Below, piece by piece: positions 47,518-53,506 of a DNA stretch of 53,506 bases. A program made the position numbers and the translations under genes. Below the pieces are notes generated by a model, which saw only the letters and a program-made list of their open reading frames with translations, made no database searches and was not told where the DNA came from. Location of the stretch: the NCBI GenBank assembly GCA_020720325.1, contig DYOW01000004.1, positions 1 through 53,506 of the forward strand. Reading direction: 5' to 3'. The DNA comes from Desulfobulbus propionicus (lineage in GTDB: Bacteria > Desulfobacterota > Dissulfuribacteria > Dissulfuribacterales > DYOW01). The stretch's first letter is position 1. Each line of letters opens with the position of its first letter.

Positions 47518-48319
47518 ACCACAGAAAAATAATCCAAAATATTTTAATAAAATTCGTTTTGGCGTATTAACAATATCTTTTCTAATAATTCTTATCAATC
47601 CTTTTTTAAACTACTATCTTCATATTAGTTTTATTCAGGGATGGTATCAGAGCCTTGCTGTAGGCAAATTATGGTTTGTTTCACCCCTTGAAGGAATAGA
47701 AAGCTTGCTGGTCTCCAAACAATTTTTTTTGCCTTCGGTCATAGGGATGCTGCCTCCTGTGCTTCTTGCCCTTTTTATGGGTAGGGTATTTTGCAGCTGG
47801 ATGTGCCCCATAAGCTTTTTATCTGAGTTATCCGATAAAACATGGAATTTCTTTTCCAAAAAAAAGAGAAAAGACCTTATTATTTTACCCAAAAACTTGT
47901 TATGGTTTTCCCTGATTGGCGAATTGATATTTGCAATGATTCTTGCGGCTCCTCTTTTTGTATTTCTTTCTCCGCCAGGACTTGTGGGAAGGGAGATTAT
48001 GCTTGCGGTGTTTTTCAAAACTCTGGCTGTTGAGGGGATAATTGTGCTTATTGTCCTTTTCTTAAATTTGATTACAAGGAGATTTTTCTGCAGATATTTT
48101 TGTCCCCTTGGAGGGCTTCTTGCCTTTCTTGGACGCAAAAGGGAATTAAAAATTATCAAAGATGACGAAAAATGCATTAACTGCGGTTTATGTGACAAGT
48201 CATGCCCTATGGGACTTATGCCTTCAAAAGGCGAGGGAAAAGGACTTTATTGCTGGAATTGTGGCAAATGTGTTGATTCATGCAATAATGGCGCAATAAA
48301 AATGAATTTTAATAAATAA
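47501..48319 (+). CDS. napH: Membrane-bound polyferredoxin NapH
   Basis: Four TM helices. CxxxCP motifs (CSWMCP, CRYFCP). C-terminal motifs CINCGLCDKSCP and CWNCGKCVDSC. Confidence 0.85.
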   Translation: MENQNKPQKNNPKYFNKIRFGVLTISFLIILINPFLNYYLHISFIQGWYQSLAVGKLWFVSPLEGIESLLVSKQFFLPSVIGMLPPVLLALFMGRVFCSWMCPISFLSELSDKTWNFFSKKKRKDLIILPKNLLWFSLIGELIFAMILAAPLFVFLSPPGLVGREIMLAVFFKTLAVEGIIVLIVLFLNLITRRFFCRYFCPLGGLLAFLGRKRELKIIKDDEKCINCGLCDKSCPMGLMPSKGEGKGLYCWNCGKCVDSCNNGAIKMNFNK

Positions 48320-48366
48320 ATTTTTATAAACTTTAAAATTACAGTCATTGGTATTAAAGTTTATTT

Positions 48367-49956
48367 ATGTTAAATTTTTTAAAAAATTATCTATTTAAAA
48401 ACATTCAGATTTCAATAAATAAAAAAATTATCATTTATTTATCTGTGATTCTTGGTTTATTCTGGATAGTTTTTTTCTCATATTTTATAAAGCAGGAAGA
48501 AATAATGATAAAGGAGCAGTTAAGGCAGCAGGCGCTTGGCATTTATCATTATCTCAGTCTTTCAAGGATGTGGATAGCTGACCAGGGAGGTGTTTATGTT
48601 CATGAAGATGGACTAAACACAGAAAAGCTCATAACACCATCACTTTTTACAGATGAAATAGCAAGAATATCCAGAATGAGATTTCCATTTGAGATTAAAA
48701 TTTCTTTATTAAACACACAAAACCCCTATTACAAATCTGACAGCCTTGATGAAGAGTCAATAAGGGCATTTCAGGAAGGCAAACTAAAAGAATCTTTTAC
48801 TATAATATCAGGCAAATATGGAAAAAAAGCCCGGTTTATCGCCCCTCTTCACTTTGAAAATGAATGTATTGTATGTCATCAGGATGATTCTGATAGCGCG
48901 GAGAAAATAGCCAAAGTTATAGGCGGGCTAAACATTATTATTGATGCAAAGGAAGTCTTTGCCCACCTTGATAAAATAAAATATTTATACTCTGCTTTAG
49001 GTTTTACATCCCTTGTTTTTGCATTAGCGCTTGTCTGGAATATGATTAAAGCCTCTGTATTAAACCCGCTTCACCTAATGAATGATGCGGCAAAATCCAT
49101 AAAAAAAGGCAACTTGGCAACAAGACTTGATTTCAAAAAAAAATGCGCAGAATGGCAGGAGGTTGGAGAAAGCTTTAATCAGATGGTCGCAACTCTTTCT
49201 GACCATCAAAAAGACCTTGAAAGAGAAATACAGAAGGCAATCTGCGAATTACAGGATGCATACCTGAAACTTAAAGAAACTGAGAAATACAGGACAGAAT
49301 TCTTTTCAAACATCACCCATGACCTTAAAACCCCTATAACAGCCATAAAAGGAGCTGTGGATTTAATACAAAAAAACAAAGACAATGAAATTATTAAACA
49401 GGATGATTATCTGAAAATTATAAAAAATAACTCTAAAAAACTCTCCAAAATGCTCACAGACTTGCTGGATTGCTCAAAAATTGAAAGCGCTGGTCTGGAA
49501 TTAAACAAAGAAATAAATGATATTGGAGAGATTATTGAAGATGCGATCCTTATGATGACGCCTTTATCATTACAAAAAAACATCAAAATAAATTATGATC
49601 CCCCCCAAAATTTTCTTTTTTTCTGTGACAGGCAGAGAGTTGAACAGGCAATCACAAATATTATCTCAAATGCCATAAAATTTTCTGAAAACAACAAGGA
49701 TATCAATGTTAATATTTATAGACAAAATAATGAAATTTTCATAGAAATTGAAGATTTTGGCATAGGAATTCCACAGAAAGATCACGACAAAATATTTCAG
49801 AAATTTTACAGAAGAAAAAATGAAAAAGCAACAGAGGGAATGGGGCTTGGACTTTCCATAACAAAGGCAATTATTGAGGCGCATAATGGGAAAATATGGA
49901 TTGAACAACCTTTACATGAAGGCTCAATCTTTTATATAAGTTTTAGACATGAGTAA
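48367..49956 (+). CDS. Sensor histidine kinase with a periplasmic DUF3365-like haem-c (CxxCH) sensor domain
   Basis: TM, ~170-aa extracytoplasmic domain ending in CIVCH, TM, HAMP. H-box THDLKTP and G-boxes (DFGIGI, GMGLGLS). Confidence 0.8.
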   Translation: MLNFLKNYLFKNIQISINKKIIIYLSVILGLFWIVFFSYFIKQEEIMIKEQLRQQALGIYHYLSLSRMWIADQGGVYVHEDGLNTEKLITPSLFTDEIARISRMRFPFEIKISLLNTQNPYYKSDSLDEESIRAFQEGKLKESFTIISGKYGKKARFIAPLHFENECIVCHQDDSDSAEKIAKVIGGLNIIIDAKEVFAHLDKIKYLYSALGFTSLVFALALVWNMIKASVLNPLHLMNDAAKSIKKGNLATRLDFKKKCAEWQEVGESFNQMVATLSDHQKDLEREIQKAICELQDAYLKLKETEKYRTEFFSNITHDLKTPITAIKGAVDLIQKNKDNEIIKQDDYLKIIKNNSKKLSKMLTDLLDCSKIESAGLELNKEINDIGEIIEDAILMMTPLSLQKNIKINYDPPQNFLFFCDRQRVEQAITNIISNAIKFSENNKDINVNIYRQNNEIFIEIEDFGIGIPQKDHDKIFQKFYRRKNEKATEGMGLGLSITKAIIEAHNGKIWIEQPLHEGSIFYISFRHE

Positions 49957-50635
49957 ATCTATCTTAATTATTGAAGACGATAAAGATATTGCAAAGGTCT
50001 TAAAAGACCAGTTAAGAATGGATGCTTATTTTGTTTTCTTGACAGAAAATGCAGAAGATGGAATGAATTTTTTTAAAGAAAAGAAACCTGACCTTATTAT
50101 CCTTGACCTGAATTTGCCTGATATTGACGGAATAAAATTTGCTCAGAACATAAGAAAAATATCCCAGATACCCATTATAATGCTTACTGCAAGGGATTCC
50201 CTCTCTGATAAAATCAGGGGTCTTGAAAGCGGAGCTGATGATTACATAACCAAACCCTTTGAATATCTTGAACTTATTGCAAGAATCAAGGCGTGTTTCA
50301 GAAGGTTTGACGCTATTTCCCAAAAAAGTCAGCAATTAAAATATGGAAATCTTGTGATTGATTTATTAAAAAAAGAATTACGATTTGATAATAATTTAAT
50401 CAAACTTACCAAAAAAGAATACGAACTATTAGAATTGCTTATTACTCATGAGGGTGAGGTATTAAAAAGGGATTTCATTCTTAGCCAGATTTGGCCAAAT
50501 GAAGAACTTTATGCATGGAGCAGGGCTCTTGATGTTCACATAAGGAGATTAAGACAAAAAATAGAGCCTGAGCCTGAAAATCCCATATATATAATCACCT
50601 ATCCGGGCTTGGGCTATAAGTTTAACAATAATTAG
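49949..50635 (+). CDS. OmpR/PhoB-family response regulator
   Basis: Receiver domain (IEDD..., LDLNLPDIDG, KPF) plus a winged-helix output (LTKKEYELLELL, GLGYKF). Overlaps the kinase stop by 8 nt. Confidence 0.9.
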   Translation: MSKSILIIEDDKDIAKVLKDQLRMDAYFVFLTENAEDGMNFFKEKKPDLIILDLNLPDIDGIKFAQNIRKISQIPIIMLTARDSLSDKIRGLESGADDYITKPFEYLELIARIKACFRRFDAISQKSQQLKYGNLVIDLLKKELRFDNNLIKLTKKEYELLELLITHEGEVLKRDFILSQIWPNEELYAWSRALDVHIRRLRQKIEPEPENPIYIITYPGLGYKFNNN

Positions 50636-50787
50636 AAAAATTTAATCATGAAAAAAATTTATTAAAGAGAGATATATTTTTTTTAGTTTTTTTCAAAGGT
50701 AATCTTCATAAAAATAATATTTGTTGTAAAAATATATTAAATGGATGTGACAATTTTTTTTTAAAAATTTAGAAACGGAGGTTAAAA

Positions 50788-51135
50788 ATGCAATGTGATA
50801 AATGTAAATGTTTAATTGAAAGCGGAGACGAAATGCAATATCGTGAGATGATATTATGTGAGGATTGTTACATAGATGCCATGTCTCCAAGCCGAACCTG
50901 TGATCCTTGGGCTGTTTATACCGCAAAATCATGTTCGGATGCAGGAACAAATCTTAATGAAGTTCAGTCAAAAATCTTAAAAATTCTCAAGGACACAGGT
51001 GGAGTAAAAGCAGAGGCGCTGGCAGAAATGCTTCATATAGGATCAAGCAAATTGCAAAGGGAGATCGCTGCGTTAAGACACATGGAAAAGCTCAAAGCAG
51101 CAATGAAAGATGGCGAGAAGGTTATATGTTTGTGA
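50788..51135 (+). CDS. Hypothetical CxxC zinc-ribbon plus winged-helix-like protein
   Basis: N-terminal CDKC...CEDC plus two further Cys. The C-terminal half (ILKILKDTGGVKAEALAEMLHIGSSKLQREIAALRHMEKL) looks like an HTH/FeoC-like domain. GGAGG RBS upstream. Confidence 0.5.
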   Translation: MQCDKCKCLIESGDEMQYREMILCEDCYIDAMSPSRTCDPWAVYTAKSCSDAGTNLNEVQSKILKILKDTGGVKAEALAEMLHIGSSKLQREIAALRHMEKLKAAMKDGEKVICL

Positions 51136-51599
51136 TAAATATTCCAAAAACTTTTCTTAATCTACATAAATCCATTAAAAAGATAAGGCACACAATATTT
51201 TTTGTCTTATTTTTATTAAATTTTACTAATGTATCTGCCCATGATACAAGTAATGAGGCGCTGGTTGATGTGCTGGCAAAAACAAGTTTGAGTTGGGATG
51301 GCTCGCCTTTGCCGGACTATCCCAGGGGCGCGCCTCAGATTTCAATTCTCAAAATCAAAATACAACCTGGGGTTATTCTTCCGCTACATCAACATCCTGT
51401 AATAAACGCAGGGGTATTATTAAAGGGAGAGCTTACAGTGATTACTGAAGATAACAAGACATTACATTTAAAAGCCGGTGAATCAATTGTGGAGGTTGTT
51501 AATAAATGGCATTTTGGAAAAAATGAAGGAAATGAAACAGCAGAGCTTATAATGTTCTATGCAGGAACAGAAGGCGCTCCAATAACTGTAAAAAAATAA
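51126..51599 (+). CDS. Secreted cupin-domain protein
   Basis: Signal peptide and a cupin motif (LPLHQHPVINAGVLLKGELTV ... W.FG.NEG). Confidence 0.6.
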   Translation: MFVINIPKTFLNLHKSIKKIRHTIFFVLFLLNFTNVSAHDTSNEALVDVLAKTSLSWDGSPLPDYPRGAPQISILKIKIQPGVILPLHQHPVINAGVLLKGELTVITEDNKTLHLKAGESIVEVVNKWHFGKNEGNETAELIMFYAGTEGAPITVKK

Positions 51600-51624
51600 G
51601 CGCGCAATAATCTATAAAAAAAAA

Positions 51625-52755
51625 TTAAATCTCCCCTGTTAAAAAATTAACCCTTATTCCGCCAAAAACAAAGGAAAGCCTGCTTTCAAGAGACAGGGAC
51701 TTAAAAAAATTGATTTTATTGTTTGGAATAAGAATTCCGATTTTCCATCCCTTAAACTTATCCTTAAATACATCAACAAAATCAATATAAAAACTGTCAA
51801 TAGTTTTTTTATCCAATACCCTTATTCCAAAAGGAGGATTGGTTATAATAAAACCTTTTTCTTGAGGCGGGATTATGTCTCTGAAATCTTTTACATCTGA
51901 TTTAATTAATTGTTGAATATCATTAAGCTTGGCGTTCTCTTTTAATGCCTTTATTGCCTTTTTATCAATATCAAAGGCATAAATCTCAGGTGAAACATGC
52001 TTTTTAGCAGAAAGAATTAATTCTTCTTTTACATTATTAAAAATACTATTATCGAAATTTCGCCATTTGAAAAAAGCAAAATCCCTGTTAACCCCAACTG
52101 GTTTATTCATAATGAAATTTAATGCCTCAAATGAAATTGTCCCTGAACCGCAAAAAGGATCTAATAAAGGAACTGTTCCATCCCAACCTGATGATAAAAT
52201 CATTGATGCAGCAATTGTTTCCCTAAGAGGAGCATCTGTAATAAAGGTTTTATAACCTCTTTTATAAAGCGGCAGACCTGAAGTATCAATACTTACTGTA
52301 AATTTGTCATGTAAAACACGAATAATAATAAGAGGGAGTTCTTCCTGATCATTTTTTATTTCAAGTTCCCTGTTAATACGTTTTGTTATCCCTTTTAATA
52401 CTCTTTCTATAATAGCGTCGCTATGTATAAGCTTGGATTTATGAGAAGTCGCCCTGATTCTTATTTTTGAAATATTTTGATTTATATAAATTTCCCAGGG
52501 ATATTTGGCGATTCTGTCCGGAATATTGCTGAAAAAAGTCTCATAAAATTCGCAAAGCCTTATCAAAACCCTTGTGGGTGTCATTAACATAAGGTTTGCA
52601 AGATAAATCTCCCTTAATCCGCCCTTAAAATTAACGCCTCCTATTTCAATTTCAGGAGAAAACCCAAGGGATTCTAATTCTTTAAATAAAATTTCTTCTA
52701 AACCAGGATTAATTTGGGCAAACAGACTAAAGAGAGATGTATTATTATTTAGCAT
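51625..52755 (-). CDS. THUMP-domain class I SAM-dependent RNA methyltransferase (RlmL/UPF0020-like)
   Basis: DPFCGSGTI (motif I) and ITNPPFG (motif IV). Start moved to the ATG at 52755 because the ORF-track start lies inside the rRNA terminator hairpin. Confidence 0.75.
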   Translation of the reverse strand: MLNNNTSLFSLFAQINPGLEEILFKELESLGFSPEIEIGGVNFKGGLREIYLANLMLMTPTRVLIRLCEFYETFFSNIPDRIAKYPWEIYINQNISKIRIRATSHKSKLIHSDAIIERVLKGITKRINRELEIKNDQEELPLIIIRVLHDKFTVSIDTSGLPLYKRGYKTFITDAPLRETIAASMILSSGWDGTVPLLDPFCGSGTISFEALNFIMNKPVGVNRDFAFFKWRNFDNSIFNNVKEELILSAKKHVSPEIYAFDIDKKAIKALKENAKLNDIQQLIKSDVKDFRDIIPPQEKGFIITNPPFGIRVLDKKTIDSFYIDFVDVFKDKFKGWKIGILIPNNKINFFKSLSLESRLSFVFGGIRVNFLTGEI

Positions 52756-52772
52756 ATTTTTTCTTTTAAAAT

Positions 52773-52802
52773 AAAAAACCCCCAATAAATTGGGGGTTAA
52801 AA
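52773..52802 (-). terminator. Rho-independent terminator downstream of 5S rRNA
   Basis: AACCCCCA / TGGGGGTT stem. On the minus strand it is followed by a T-run (plus-strand A-run 52773-52778). Confidence 0.7.
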
Positions 52803-52809
52803 AAATTAA

Positions 52810-52926
<117 letters not shown>

Positions 52927-53014
52927 AGTTTGTAAACAATATAATAAATATAGATTTGAGAATGTGACTTATTCCTTAGAATATTTATGGTTTTTATATA
53001 TATATAAAATATAT

Positions 53015-53506
<492 letters not shown>

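Noticed and set aside
47647-48198. Long antisense ORFs: 47647-48198 opposite napH, 21762-22163 and 21865-22179 opposite kdsA, 29475-29879 opposite hisF, 26787-27170 opposite trpG, 20679-20966 opposite pyrG, 30265-30633 opposite the DUF1343 gene
   Set aside because: Each lies fully inside a confidently identified gene on the other strand. Their composition is odd (Ser/Pro/Arg-rich) and they have no motifs or RBS.

Overview
This is a visibly AT-rich chromosomal window. By inference it comes from an anaerobic Desulfobacterota-type (deltaproteobacterial) genome. Most of it is ordinary core metabolism: pyrG-kdsA-kdsC-lptC-lptA, trpG/D/C, hisH/F, paaK plus an ACT protein, tatBC, alr, htpX, fbp, three tRNAs (Asn, Pro, His), and the 3' end of an rRNA operon (23S 3' part and 5S, minus strand). 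The clearest functional island is a nitrate-to-ammonium respiration locus at 41.5-50.6 kb. It holds nrfHA, then napM-like/napA/napD/napG/napH, then a sensor kinase with a periplasmic CxxCH motif and an OmpR-type regulator. I found no CRISPR array, transposase, integrase, phage gene or recognisable defence system. These regions deserve a second look:
1. A PhoX-family gene with a Pho-box-like repeat, followed by a ~1030-aa protein that fuses three CxxCH motifs to a TolB-like beta-propeller.
2. A zinc-ribbon mini-protein coupled to a short RimK-like ATP-grasp ligase.
3. A SpeH (AdoMetDC)-fold protein that appears to lack both the self-processing Ser and the catalytic Cys.
4. Two families of long palindromic intergenic repeats. 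One brackets a thiol/persulfide redox gene block and the other sits inside the nap operon.
5. Helically phased AATGTTA repeats upstream of nrfH.
All product calls come from motifs read in the supplied translations. No database search was run.
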